A stretch of 64,000 nucleotides of DNA from Nanobdellota archaeon (GCA_028867075.1 JAGWGZ010000001.1:26660-90659); one strand, 5' to 3'. Shown: positions 38,785-48,188, numbered from the stretch's first letter. Made by a program: numbers and translations. The notes: generated by a model from the letters alone, not told the origin.

Positions 38785-38815
38785 ATGTACGACAACCTAC
38801 GGTTTTCTTACACTA
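38785..38815 (-). promoter_or_regulatory. tRNA-Ala 5' leader hairpin motif GAAAACCGTAGGTTGTCG, 6 nt upstream of the mature 5' end
   Basis: Motif shared with leaders of tRNA-Val, tRNA-Met, tRNA-Thr, tRNA-Arg(UCU) and the 29246 element; AT-rich TATA-like box about 60-80 nt further upstream. Confidence 0.5.
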
Positions 38816-38883
38816 ACTTTCCCTTAAGTGTCTATTGAAAAAGTTTATATCCCTGCATTTATAATAATTTACTATAAAAGAAG

Positions 38884-39504
38884 ATGATAACAATAATCAA
38901 TTTCAAAACTTATAAGCAAGGAGAAGAGGTTATTAAGCTCACGAAGGAAATTGAGAGAACAGACAAAAATATTATCATTGGAGTTCAGGCTGTTGATATA
39001 AGGGAGATTTCTAAAAAAACAAAGCTCCGGGTTTTTGTGCAACATGCGGATTATTTTGAAAAAGGAAGAAACACGGGATTTGTCATTCCCGAGGCTGTAA
39101 AGGCTGCAGGCGCATCCGGCGTTTTTATAAATCATTCGGAGCACAAATTGAATTTTGATATAATCAAAAGGACAATGAAGAGATGCAAGGAAGTTGGACT
39201 GAAAACAGCTGTTTTTGCGGCGGATTTGGGGGAAATGAAGAAAATTGAACGATTAAAACCCACTTATTTAATCTTTGAGCCTCCTGAGCTTGTAGCAGGT
39301 AAAGTCTCAGTATCTTCTGCTAAGCCTGATATGATAAAAAAGATTTCAAAAGCTGTTAAAATGAAATTTCTTGTTGGTGCAGGGATCCATTCCAGAAAAG
39401 ATGTTGAGGTTGCTTTGAGATTAGGAGCCTCTGGAATTGCGATTTCTTCAGCTATAACGCAAGTGAAAGATCCATCTGCAGAACTGAGAAGACTTATCCT
39501 ATGA
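38884..39504 (+). CDS. tpiA: triosephosphate isomerase (archaeal short type)
   Basis: 206 aa; INHSEH catalytic motif and the archaeal TIM layout. Confidence 0.85.
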   Translation: MITIINFKTYKQGEEVIKLTKEIERTDKNIIIGVQAVDIREISKKTKLRVFVQHADYFEKGRNTGFVIPEAVKAAGASGVFINHSEHKLNFDIIKRTMKRCKEVGLKTAVFAADLGEMKKIERLKPTYLIFEPPELVAGKVSVSSAKPDMIKKISKAVKMKFLVGAGIHSRKDVEVALRLGASGIAISSAITQVKDPSAELRRLIL

Positions 39505-40058
39505 GGAAGTTAATTTTTATTACTGGGATGAATGGCAGCGAAAAAGATATGTTCCTTGTCAGAAAAATGTTGAAAAATTTTGAAGTAATCTATTTTCCAT
39601 ATGATACCACATTAAGAAAGAGTATAACTGAATATGCCTTACAATTAAAATCTTTTATTAATAATTTAAATTTGACAAGAAAAGAGAAGGTCTCTATTTT
39701 TTCTTTAAGTGCAGGAGGGATAATCGCCTCCTATTATACAAAATTTTTAGATAAGAAGAGAGTCAATAAACTAGTTACCGTCTGTTCTCCTTTTGGAGGG
39801 AGCTGGATTCGGATATTTTTTCGAAAAAGAAGAGGGGCGCAAGAACTTGGACCTAATAGCATTTTGTTGAAAAGACTTGCAAATAAAAAGAATAAATTCA
39901 TAAAAGAATTTAATCTCTGGTGCTTTCTGGACCCTTTAGTTCCGGGAACTTCAGGAAAAGGAGATAATTCCAAGCATACTTTATTCTTTTTACATTGGGT
40001 TATACAATTTTGGCCTCCAATAATTCTGAGGGCTAAGGATTTTTTAGAAGAGGATTAG
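39501..40058 (+). CDS. alpha/beta-hydrolase fold protein
   Basis: GxSxG nucleophile elbow SLSAGG; 185 aa. Confidence 0.45.
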   Translation: MRKLIFITGMNGSEKDMFLVRKMLKNFEVIYFPYDTTLRKSITEYALQLKSFINNLNLTRKEKVSIFSLSAGGIIASYYTKFLDKKRVNKLVTVCSPFGGSWIRIFFRKRRGAQELGPNSILLKRLANKKNKFIKEFNLWCFLDPLVPGTSGKGDNSKHTLFFLHWVIQFWPPIILRAKDFLEED

Positions 40059-40810
40059 CCTGCAGCAAAAATCCAGCCGCCGTCAACAACTAGCTCTTCA
40101 CCTGTTATGTACGAAGATGCATCTGAAGCAAGGAAAACAACCGGTCCCCCAATATCTGCCGGTTCCCCTATTCTGTTTAATGGTATCTTTGCAATCTGCT
40201 CTTTTAGCATCTTTTTATTTTTTAACAAATCGCGGGTCATAGGCGTGTTAATAACTCCGGGGTGAATTGAGTTTACTCTTATTCCCTTTTTTCCAAATTC
40301 AACAGCCAAAGATTTTGTCAGCGCACGAACACCTCCCTTTGCAGCGCAATATGCCGCTGAGTTGGAAAATCCGGAGATTCCCGCAATTGAAGAGATGTTG
40401 ATGATGCTGCCTCCCCTTTTCATGTACTTTAATGCTTCACGAGAGCAAAGAAAGACTCCTCGGAGATCAACATGAATCATTTTCTCCCATTCTTCCCCGC
40501 TTACATTTGCCGTCGGAGAAGCCTTGTATATCCCGGCGTTATTCACAAGGATGTCTATTTTTCCGAATTTTTCCATCGTTTTATTGATTAGATTTATAAC
40601 TTCTTTTTCATCAGACACATCAGATCTAATATAAACTGCGTCCCGTTTTAGAGATTTTATTTTCTTTACGGTGTTTTCACCCGGAATTATATCGGAGACA
40701 ACAACATCTGCTCCGGCTTTTGCAAGCTCTATCGCAATACCCTCACCCATGCCCCGTGAAGAACCAGTCACAACAGCCACCCTTCCCTTTAGGCTGAACA
40801 TATCACCCAT
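40055..40810 (-). CDS. short-chain dehydrogenase/reductase (SDR)
   Basis: TGSSRGMG cofactor motif, NNAG, catalytic YCAAK. Confidence 0.8.
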   Translation of the reverse strand: MGDMFSLKGRVAVVTGSSRGMGEGIAIELAKAGADVVVSDIIPGENTVKKIKSLKRDAVYIRSDVSDEKEVINLINKTMEKFGKIDILVNNAGIYKASPTANVSGEEWEKMIHVDLRGVFLCSREALKYMKRGGSIINISSIAGISGFSNSAAYCAAKGGVRALTKSLAVEFGKKGIRVNSIHPGVINTPMTRDLLKNKKMLKEQIAKIPLNRIGEPADIGGPVVFLASDASSYITGEELVVDGGWIFAAG

Positions 40811-40885
40811 TTCATTTTATTGACGGATTTATTTTATTTAAACCTTTTGAGAAACATTTAAAATTATGAATCTATTCTTTTTGAA

Positions 40886-41695
40886 ATGGGCAAAAAAATC
40901 GGGGTGGATCTTGGAGGGACTTTTCTCCGTGTGGGAATTGTCGAGAATAATAGGGTTGTAAAGTACATAAAGAAACAGACTCCGAAAACCGAAAAAGAGC
41001 TTGTAAATGAAATGGCAAAATCAATTTCAGAGTGCATGACCTCTGATGTTACGGGGATAGGGGTCGCCAGTCCCGGGCCATTGAAGGACGGGATAATTTA
41101 TGACACCCCAAACCTGCCATTCACGCATTTCAACATGAAGCAATTTCTGCAAAGGAAATTCAAGAAAAGAGTTGAAATAAAGAATGATGCTCATTGCGTT
41201 GCACTTGCGGAAGCAAAATTAGGATGCAAGAAAAAGAATTTTCTTGTAGTCACTCTTGGAACAGGAATCGGCGGAGGAATCATCATTGACGGAAAATTGT
41301 ATGAGGGGCAGGGTTATGCGGGCGAACTCGGGCATTTGGTTTTGGATGACGGAAAGTATTGGGAGATATTATGGCAGGAAAATAAAAAGAAAACCCAGGC
41401 ATGTTGCAGTGGGAAGTTCATGATAAAAGACATGTTCCATAAAAAAAACAAAGAAGCCGCTGAAATATTAAGGAGCACCACAAGATATTTGGGGCAGGGA
41501 ATCGGTTCTTTGATAAATGCGTTTGACCCTGAGGTTGTAATTCTCATGGGCGGAGTCCGGGAAGCGGGAAGTAAATTCCTTAAAATGATAAGCAGAGAGG
41601 CAAAGAATTATACAATACTTCCCAGAATCCCGCCAATAAGGTGGAGTAGACTTGATCATCCTGGGATTTTGGGTGCGAGCTTGCTGATTAGTTAG
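40886..41695 (+). CDS. ROK-family sugar kinase (glucokinase-like)
   Basis: IGVDLGGT N-terminus, GTGIGGGIIIDGKLYEGQGYAGELGH ROK signature. Confidence 0.75.
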   Translation: MGKKIGVDLGGTFLRVGIVENNRVVKYIKKQTPKTEKELVNEMAKSISECMTSDVTGIGVASPGPLKDGIIYDTPNLPFTHFNMKQFLQRKFKKRVEIKNDAHCVALAEAKLGCKKKNFLVVTLGTGIGGGIIIDGKLYEGQGYAGELGHLVLDDGKYWEILWQENKKKTQACCSGKFMIKDMFHKKNKEAAEILRSTTRYLGQGIGSLINAFDPEVVILMGGVREAGSKFLKMISREAKNYTILPRIPPIRWSRLDHPGILGASLLIS

Positions 41696-43561
41696 TTATT
41701 CAACAACAGCCTTAATTCTCCTGACCCCTGCGCTCGAAGATTCTTCCTTTATGATTTTAAACTTCCCGACCTCACCAGTATTTTTTACATGCGGTCCTGT
41801 GCAGATTTCCCTGCTGAAGAATCCACGCTTTTCTTTCGGATCAAGGACGGTATAAACAGAAACTCTTTCGGGGTATTTTGCACCGAATTCAGCTTCTGCT
41901 CCGGAACTCATTGCGTCTGTGAGCGACATCTCCTGTCTTTCAACCTTTAGATTTTCTTTTATCTTTTTATTGATTAGGTTTTCTGTTTCTTTTAATTCTT
42001 CATCAGAGAGTTTTCTTGGAAAATTAAAGTCAAATCTCAACCTCTCGGCAGTTATGTTTGAACCTTTTTGGTGTATGTTCTTATCTCTCAAAATTTCTTT
42101 CAGTGCAGCATTCAGCATGTGCGTTGCCGTATGTAACCTCGTTGTAGTTGATGAACTGTCTGCAAGGCCTGACTTGAACTTGCCTTCTGCGGCTGCTTTT
42201 GAAAGCGTTTTATGCTTTTCATATTCTTCCCCAAACTCTTTTTCATCGACTTTTATTCCTTTTTCTTTTAATATCTCTTCAGTCATCTCTATCGGGAAGC
42301 CATAGGATTGGTAAAGAAGAAATGCATCTCGTCCGGAAATTATCTTCTTACCCCTTGAAATCTTATGAAGGGTTATAAGACCCCTATCTAATGTTTTATT
42401 AAACGTATTCTCTTCTTCCAGCAAAATATTTAATATTCTTTTTTTATCCTTCAATATTTCATAGTCATCATATATTTCGAAGACAATTTCTGCAATTTTA
42501 TCTGTGAAGAAGCCGGATTTTTGTTCCAATTTTAGATTTACCCGCCCATATTTAACAGCCCGCCTTATCAGTCTCCTTAAGACATATCCCCTTTCGGTAT
42601 TTGATGGGGAAACACCGTCGGCAATTATGAACACTGCCGCCTTGATGTGGTCTGCTATTATCCGCATGGCTTTTATCACCTCTTTTTCATATTTGTCATA
42701 ATCTTCTTTTAATGCGACTATTGTTCTTTCCTTATCATTTTTTGGATAGATCTTTCCTGAGATCTTTTCTATCTCTTTTATTATCGGTAAAAAGCAATCG
42801 CTGAGATAATTATCATCCAGTCCATTCAGCGCAGCGACTGTTCTTTCAACGCCCCCGCCGAAATCTATGTTTTTTTGCTTTGCAATATTGAAATTTCCTT
42901 TTTCATCTTTTACATACTGCATTAAGACATCATTTCCGATTTCGATCCATTTTTTATCCCCCGGGTTGAATTTTGCAGGCGCTTTTTCTTTCCCGCACCA
43001 GAAGAATTGTTCTGTGTCCGGACCGCAGGGCCCTGTTTTTCCCGCGGGCCCCCACCAGTTATTATCAGATTCATAAACTCCTCCTTTTAGATAGGCAATT
43101 CTTTCTTTTGGAATTCCGATTGATTTCCAGATATTTGCAGATTCATCATCCTTTTGGAGCTGCGGAACCCTTGAATCTCCCCCGAAAACACTGACTGCGT
43201 ATTTATTCAGCGGAATTTTAAGGACCTTGTTCTGGAATTCAAAGGTCATCTTTATCGCCTGTTCCTTGAAATAATCTCCGAGGCTCCAGTTCCCAAGCAT
43301 TTCAAAAAAAGTGTGGTGGTACGTGTCTCCGACCTCGTCTATGTCCTGCGTTCTTATGCATCTCTGAACGTTGCACAATCTCTTCCCAAGAGGATGCGGC
43401 TGGCTCAGGAGATAAGGAACAAGGGGGTGCATGCCTGCTGTCGTGAACAGAACTGTCGGGTCATTTACAGGAACAAGGCTCGCATTCGGGATTATCCTAT
43501 GACCTTTTGAACCGAAGAATTTTAGATACCTGTCAATAAGTTCCTTCCTGCTTATTTTCAT
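41696..43561 (-). CDS. alaS: alanyl-tRNA synthetase, bacterial-type, lacking the C-Ala domain
   Basis: N-terminal FTTAGMHPLVPYLL catalytic core; editing-domain HTATHML and CTGPHV motifs; 621 aa, ending directly after the editing domain. Confidence 0.85.
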   Translation of the reverse strand: MKISRKELIDRYLKFFGSKGHRIIPNASLVPVNDPTVLFTTAGMHPLVPYLLSQPHPLGKRLCNVQRCIRTQDIDEVGDTYHHTFFEMLGNWSLGDYFKEQAIKMTFEFQNKVLKIPLNKYAVSVFGGDSRVPQLQKDDESANIWKSIGIPKERIAYLKGGVYESDNNWWGPAGKTGPCGPDTEQFFWCGKEKAPAKFNPGDKKWIEIGNDVLMQYVKDEKGNFNIAKQKNIDFGGGVERTVAALNGLDDNYLSDCFLPIIKEIEKISGKIYPKNDKERTIVALKEDYDKYEKEVIKAMRIIADHIKAAVFIIADGVSPSNTERGYVLRRLIRRAVKYGRVNLKLEQKSGFFTDKIAEIVFEIYDDYEILKDKKRILNILLEEENTFNKTLDRGLITLHKISRGKKIISGRDAFLLYQSYGFPIEMTEEILKEKGIKVDEKEFGEEYEKHKTLSKAAAEGKFKSGLADSSSTTTRLHTATHMLNAALKEILRDKNIHQKGSNITAERLRFDFNFPRKLSDEELKETENLINKKIKENLKVERQEMSLTDAMSSGAEAEFGAKYPERVSVYTVLDPKEKRGFFSREICTGPHVKNTGEVGKFKIIKEESSSAGVRRIKAVVE

Positions 43562-43597
43562 ATATTAATTCCAGAATTATTCTTTATAATTATTTTG

Positions 43598-43993
43598 CTA
43601 ATATGAAAGCGCTTTTAGTCTTTTTTGGATTTCCATGAGCTGTGATTCCAGGTCGCTTTCGTTCTTTGTCTTTAATCCCGGAAGAGAACTCACTGATTTT
43701 TCCTCATGATGCTTCAATATGCGCGGAATTTTTATCTGGGGCATGTTTGCTTCAAGGAGCTTTATGTACATGGTTGTTTTTTTGAGTTCCCGATAAAATC
43801 TGGATTTCAGCTTTGTTTCCATCTCGCGAAGGAGAATATATCTCTGCATGGACTTTATCAGATTAAGGAGGTCCATCTCGGATGAAAGAAGATCTTTTTT
43901 TGACTGAACCGCTTCCGCAAATTCAAATCTTACGTGTATGAAGTTCTCGCCCTTTTCCATTTTATTCAATTTTTGAGAAAATGTCTCTATCAA
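43598..43993 (-). CDS. hypothetical coiled-coil protein
   Basis: 131-aa ORF; overlaps the upstream ORF by 32 nt in a different frame. Confidence 0.3.
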   Translation of the reverse strand: MIETFSQKLNKMEKGENFIHVRFEFAEAVQSKKDLLSSEMDLLNLIKSMQRYILLREMETKLKSRFYRELKKTTMYIKLLEANMPQIKIPRILKHHEEKSVSSLPGLKTKNESDLESQLMEIQKRLKALSY

Positions 43994-44603
43994 TCCGCTC
44001 TATCTGGTTTTTCATTGTCTGGAGTCTCTCCTGCCACGAGTTCAGCTCCTTGCTCTCCTCTTCCTTTGTCCTCTTGATCTCCTCAAGGAGTTTTTCAACG
44101 CCCGCAATTTGCTTCTTTATCTTATCGAATACTTCTATGTTTTCTTCAAACTTGTCCAGCCGCACGAATACCGGCTCTTCTTTCTGAATTCTTCCGGCAT
44201 ATATTTTTTTCGTTGATGGCTCAGAAGAGCTTATGCTTCTCGTCATTGGAGCCATAGAAGGTTCTTCTTCAGGCATTTCTTCTTCCTCATCAGAATTTAT
44301 TTCCCGCGTCATTGGTCCTGATGAAAACATCGGCATCGTCTGAACTTCTTCTTCAGAGTCATTTGTCTCATCACTCTCTTTTCCTCCAGATACGGCATCT
44401 TTTATTGTGTTTTGAGAAAATTTGTCTCCGAGAGAACTCGGCGGGATACGTGGAAGCGCATTAAGTTTTTGTTTCTGAACATTTGATGCAGGCATGTCCG
44501 GAAGCTTTGGCAAAGGCGGCAATTCAGGAAGTTCAGGCAACTCGGGAACAGATGATATATTCGCAGAAGAAGCCCCTTTTTTGTTCTTATTAAACAATCC
44601 CAT
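43962..44603 (-). CDS. hypothetical protein with PELPELPELPPLP repeats, acidic linker and C-terminal coiled coil
   Basis: 213-aa ORF; low-complexity N-terminal half. Confidence 0.4.
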   Translation of the reverse strand: MGLFNKNKKGASSANISSVPELPELPELPPLPKLPDMPASNVQKQKLNALPRIPPSSLGDKFSQNTIKDAVSGGKESDETNDSEEEVQTMPMFSSGPMTREINSDEEEEMPEEEPSMAPMTRSISSSEPSTKKIYAGRIQKEEPVFVRLDKFEENIEVFDKIKKQIAGVEKLLEEIKRTKEEESKELNSWQERLQTMKNQIERIDRDIFSKIE

Positions 44604-44705
44604 TTTATATTGTTGAATATATTAAACAGAATATATAGGTTTAAAAACTTTTCATTGTTTTATTGAAAACGCAAAATATTTATTTGCATTTAATGTCGGA
44701 AAACC

Positions 44706-45407
44706 ATGGATAAGAAACTGATAAAGGACGCATTTACAGAAGCAGCAGGGAAGCAGGCAGAGCTTCTTGTAGACATTCTCGATGACAAAAAGTATATGAA
44801 TGAATTCCTCATTGCAAAAAAACTTGATGTTCCGGTGAATCAGGCAAGGAATATTCTGTATAAGATCTCGGAGCATGGACTTGTGTCTTCTACAAGGAAA
44901 AAAGACAAGAAAAAAGGATGGTTCACTTACTCATGGAAGATTGAGGAAATGAGGTCCCTGGAATTTCTGAAAGAGGCAATTTCCCGGCGAATGGATCAGA
45001 TAAGAAACCAAATCCGAAGCAGAGAGACAAGAGAATTTTATGTGTGCGAAAGATGCCATGTTGAATTCAATGAAGAGAATGCATTGCTCCATGACTTTGT
45101 CTGCCCCGAGTGCGGGAATGTGCTCACGTTGAAGGATAACAGCAAACTTTTGAAAGAATTCAAAAAGAATCTTGAGGGCTTCGAAATTATGCTGAACACA
45201 ATTGACGGAGAGATAGGGAGGGAGCAAGCGATTGAATCAAAGAAAATAAAGATAAAAGAAGCTGTAATGAAGAGGGCTAAACTGAAAGAGAAAGCTGCTG
45301 CACGGGAAAAGGCCAGGAAGGCAGCAAAAAAACCGGCTTCTAAGAAACCCAAGAAACAGACAAAGGCACATAAAAAATCAAATAGTTCTAAAAAGAGAAA
45401 GAAGTAA
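44706..45407 (+). CDS. tfe: transcription factor E alpha (TFE/TFIIE-alpha homolog)
   Basis: N-terminal winged helix, central zinc ribbon CERCH...CPECG, Lys-rich C-terminal tail. Confidence 0.8.
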   Translation: MDKKLIKDAFTEAAGKQAELLVDILDDKKYMNEFLIAKKLDVPVNQARNILYKISEHGLVSSTRKKDKKKGWFTYSWKIEEMRSLEFLKEAISRRMDQIRNQIRSRETREFYVCERCHVEFNEENALLHDFVCPECGNVLTLKDNSKLLKEFKKNLEGFEIMLNTIDGEIGREQAIESKKIKIKEAVMKRAKLKEKAAAREKARKAAKKPASKKPKKQTKAHKKSNSSKKRKK

Positions 45408-45408
45408 T

Positions 45409-46245
45409 ATGGATGGATACAGACTTGTAACCCGCAGAAGATTTCATCTGAGTGTAAACACAATTCTTATCCTGATAAATTTTGTACTCTTCATAATTCT
45501 TTCAGTACTTGTCTCAATAAACCCGAATTTTCTCAGTTATTTCTCACTCAACCCTTCGAATGTGCTGCAGGGGAAATACCTATGGACCTTCCTGACAAGT
45601 ATGTTCTCGCATGTTTACTTCTGGCACATCGCATTTAACATGATTTCGCTTTTCTTTGTTGGGGTTCTTGCGGAGAGGATTATCGGGCCGAAGAGATATC
45701 TTCTGTTTTATCTTGCCGCCGGGCTGTTTGCAGGTCTTGTTTTTGTATTGCTTGCGGGATTCCTTGGAACAAATCCTCTTGGAGCGAAACTCTTTGGAAG
45801 CCCCGACACTGCAGGAATAGGAGCTTCAGGGGCCATATTTGGAATTGTCGGATTGCTTGCAGTCCTGACTCCCAAAAACAGAATTTACTTGGTTGCAGGC
45901 CCGTTGATTGCGATAATTGCTGAATCTGTCCTGTCTAACTTTGCCTCAGCACCGATAATGAGCGCTGTCGATTTGGTTGTCACGGTTTATGTTTTCTTTT
46001 CCCTTTTTGCAATGTTCTCTTTCAACAGCTTTATGAGAAAGATAATTGTCCCGATTAATCTTCCATTCTGGATGCTGCCGATAATAGCCATTGTCCCGCT
46101 GGTTGTAATTGGATTATTTGTACCGCTGCCCATAGGAAATTCAGCGCACCTTGGCGGGCTTTTGATCGGACTCGCATACGGATTTTACTTAAAGCATAAA
46201 TTTCCGAGGAAGACAGAAATGATTTCGCGGGCTTTTTCAAGATAA
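45409..46245 (+). CDS. rhomboid-family intramembrane serine protease
   Basis: GASGAIFG catalytic Ser motif and AHLGGLLIGL catalytic His helix; 6-7 TM. Confidence 0.8.
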   Translation: MDGYRLVTRRRFHLSVNTILILINFVLFIILSVLVSINPNFLSYFSLNPSNVLQGKYLWTFLTSMFSHVYFWHIAFNMISLFFVGVLAERIIGPKRYLLFYLAAGLFAGLVFVLLAGFLGTNPLGAKLFGSPDTAGIGASGAIFGIVGLLAVLTPKNRIYLVAGPLIAIIAESVLSNFASAPIMSAVDLVVTVYVFFSLFAMFSFNSFMRKIIVPINLPFWMLPIIAIVPLVVIGLFVPLPIGNSAHLGGLLIGLAYGFYLKHKFPRKTEMISRAFSR

Positions 46246-46835
46246 TGGCAAGGAAGAAAGAATTTTCAGTAAAGGAACAATACCTGAAGAGCTGGAAATA
46301 TATCAAAGAATCAAGGGGTTTTATCTTTGCGGCAATCGCGTTGTTTTTTGTGTTTGCACTTGCCGGGTTTTTTCTTCCATCGCCGAATTATATCTCACAG
46401 GAAATTGAAGGATACATCTCGCAACTTATCTCACAGACGTCAGGAATGTCCGGGCCGCAATTAGTCTCATTCATCCTCCTTAATAACATAAAAAGCAGCT
46501 TTTTTGGATTGGCGCTGGGAATTTTTTTGGGTATATTTCCGGCAATTCTGGCAATCTTCAACGGATATCTTCTGGGATTTGTTGCGGTTGACAGCGTGAA
46601 GTCAAACGGCGCACTTATCTTACTCCGGCTTTTGCCGCACGGAATTTTTGAATTGCCTGCCGTCTTTGTTTCTCTTGGCATGGGGATGAAACTCGGGGTG
46701 ATGATGTTCTCAAGAAAGAAGGAGCATGCAGGAAAAAACGTGATTAATGCATTAAGAGTTTTTGTTTTTGTAGTAATCCCACTTCTTATAATCGCTGCCA
46801 TCATAGAAGGCAGCCTGATAGTTCTTATAAAATGA
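46245..46835 (+). CDS. SpoIIM/DUF95-like integral membrane protein
   Basis: Topology and spacing resemble the stage II sporulation M / DUF95 family; the assignment is weak. Confidence 0.45.
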   Translation: MARKKEFSVKEQYLKSWKYIKESRGFIFAAIALFFVFALAGFFLPSPNYISQEIEGYISQLISQTSGMSGPQLVSFILLNNIKSSFFGLALGIFLGIFPAILAIFNGYLLGFVAVDSVKSNGALILLRLLPHGIFELPAVFVSLGMGMKLGVMMFSRKKEHAGKNVINALRVFVFVVIPLLIIAAIIEGSLIVLIK

Positions 46836-47186
46836 TTAGTCTCTTATCATGACTTTGGAGATTGATTTCTCCGCTCCGAAGAAACTCTTTGAAAACTCTT
46901 CCGCTTTCTTTTCATCAAAGTCTTTGCATGAGAAAATATCTATGAATGCCCGGTTCTTTATCTTGTCGTCGAAATGCATTGTTATTGATGAAGTTTCAAT
47001 AAACTGAAATGCGGACACTCCTTCAAGAGAGCCTGAACCAAGTTTCTTTATTATCGGCTTTCCGAATCTTTTCATATCTATAACCTTGCAGACCTCAAGG
47101 ATGTATTTTTTTATGTATCTTTTATCCTGTATCAGATTATGATCACAATTATACAGATTTATAGAAGCTAATTTTCCCCAAAACAT
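46836..47186 (-). CDS. speH: S-adenosylmethionine decarboxylase proenzyme-like (SpeH family, pyruvoyl-dependent)
   Basis: 116 aa; LYNCD..., EGVSAF, ETSSITMHF...FIDIFSC pattern parallels archaeal/bacterial SpeH. Confidence 0.6.
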   Translation of the reverse strand: MFWGKLASINLYNCDHNLIQDKRYIKKYILEVCKVIDMKRFGKPIIKKLGSGSLEGVSAFQFIETSSITMHFDDKIKNRAFIDIFSCKDFDEKKAEEFSKSFFGAEKSISKVMIRD

Positions 47187-47192
47187 TATGAA

Positions 47193-48167
47193 ATGTTGAG
47201 TAAATATCTTTTTAAATCTATTCCATCATTTAGGGATATGAAGAAAGTGGAACCGGTGAGAATTTGGGAAGACATGAAGGTTTCTGAACTAGTCGATAGC
47301 ATGGGAGATGCCGGTTTTGGCGCAGGGAAGATAAACCGGGCCGCACAGATAATGGGAAAAATGTTTTCAGATGAAAAATGCAAGGTTTTTGTGGGATTGG
47401 CGGGAGCAATGGTCCCTGCAGGAATGAAACAAATCATTCTGGACCTGCTTGATGATACAGATGTCCTTGTAACAACAGGGGCTACACTCACGCATGACCT
47501 TATAGAAGCGCTCGGAGACGAGCACTATCTGCTTGAAGACTCCGATGGAGATTTTGACGATGGTTCATTGAACCGAAAGGGCTTTGACAGGATGTACAAT
47601 GTTGTGATGAGGAACAGAGTTTACGAGAATCTTGAAAGATTTTTTGTTGTAAACTGGGAGAAGTTCAAAGAATGTAAGACTATAAAAGACATTGTCTGGA
47701 AAATCGGCGAGCTATGCCCAGGAACTTCTGAAGACTGCATACTGAAAAAATGCTATAAGAAAAAAATCCCGCTTTTCTGCCCTGCACTTGCTGATTCCGG
47801 AATTGGGTTGATGATATGGGGAAGGAAAGCATCCGGAAAAGAAATCTTTATCGATGCATTTGAAGACATGAAAGAAATAATTGACATATCCTGGACCGCA
47901 AGGAAAACCGGAGTGATCTATGTCGGAGGCGGAGTTCCAAAGAATTTTATTCAGCAATCATTGCAGTTTTCAAAAGGCGCTGATTATGGAATCCAAATCA
48001 CTGCTGATTCACCAGAGCCGGGCGGGAGCAGCGGAGCGCCGCTGAAAGAAGGAATTTCATGGGGAAAACTCAAGAAGAATGCAGACTTCGCCGACGTGAG
48101 ATGCGACGCAACGATTGCACTTCCTCTCATTTTAGGGGCTGTCAGAGGGAAAAGCAAAAAGCCTTAA
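47193..48167 (+). CDS. dys: deoxyhypusine synthase
   Basis: 324 aa; conserved GLAGAMVPAGMK, VTTGATLTHDL and C-terminal GISWGK (catalytic Lys) segments. Confidence 0.85.
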   Translation: MLSKYLFKSIPSFRDMKKVEPVRIWEDMKVSELVDSMGDAGFGAGKINRAAQIMGKMFSDEKCKVFVGLAGAMVPAGMKQIILDLLDDTDVLVTTGATLTHDLIEALGDEHYLLEDSDGDFDDGSLNRKGFDRMYNVVMRNRVYENLERFFVVNWEKFKECKTIKDIVWKIGELCPGTSEDCILKKCYKKKIPLFCPALADSGIGLMIWGRKASGKEIFIDAFEDMKEIIDISWTARKTGVIYVGGGVPKNFIQQSLQFSKGADYGIQITADSPEPGGSSGAPLKEGISWGKLKKNADFADVRCDATIALPLILGAVRGKSKKP

Positions 48168-48188
48168 ATCAAGTCTCCCTGTAATACC

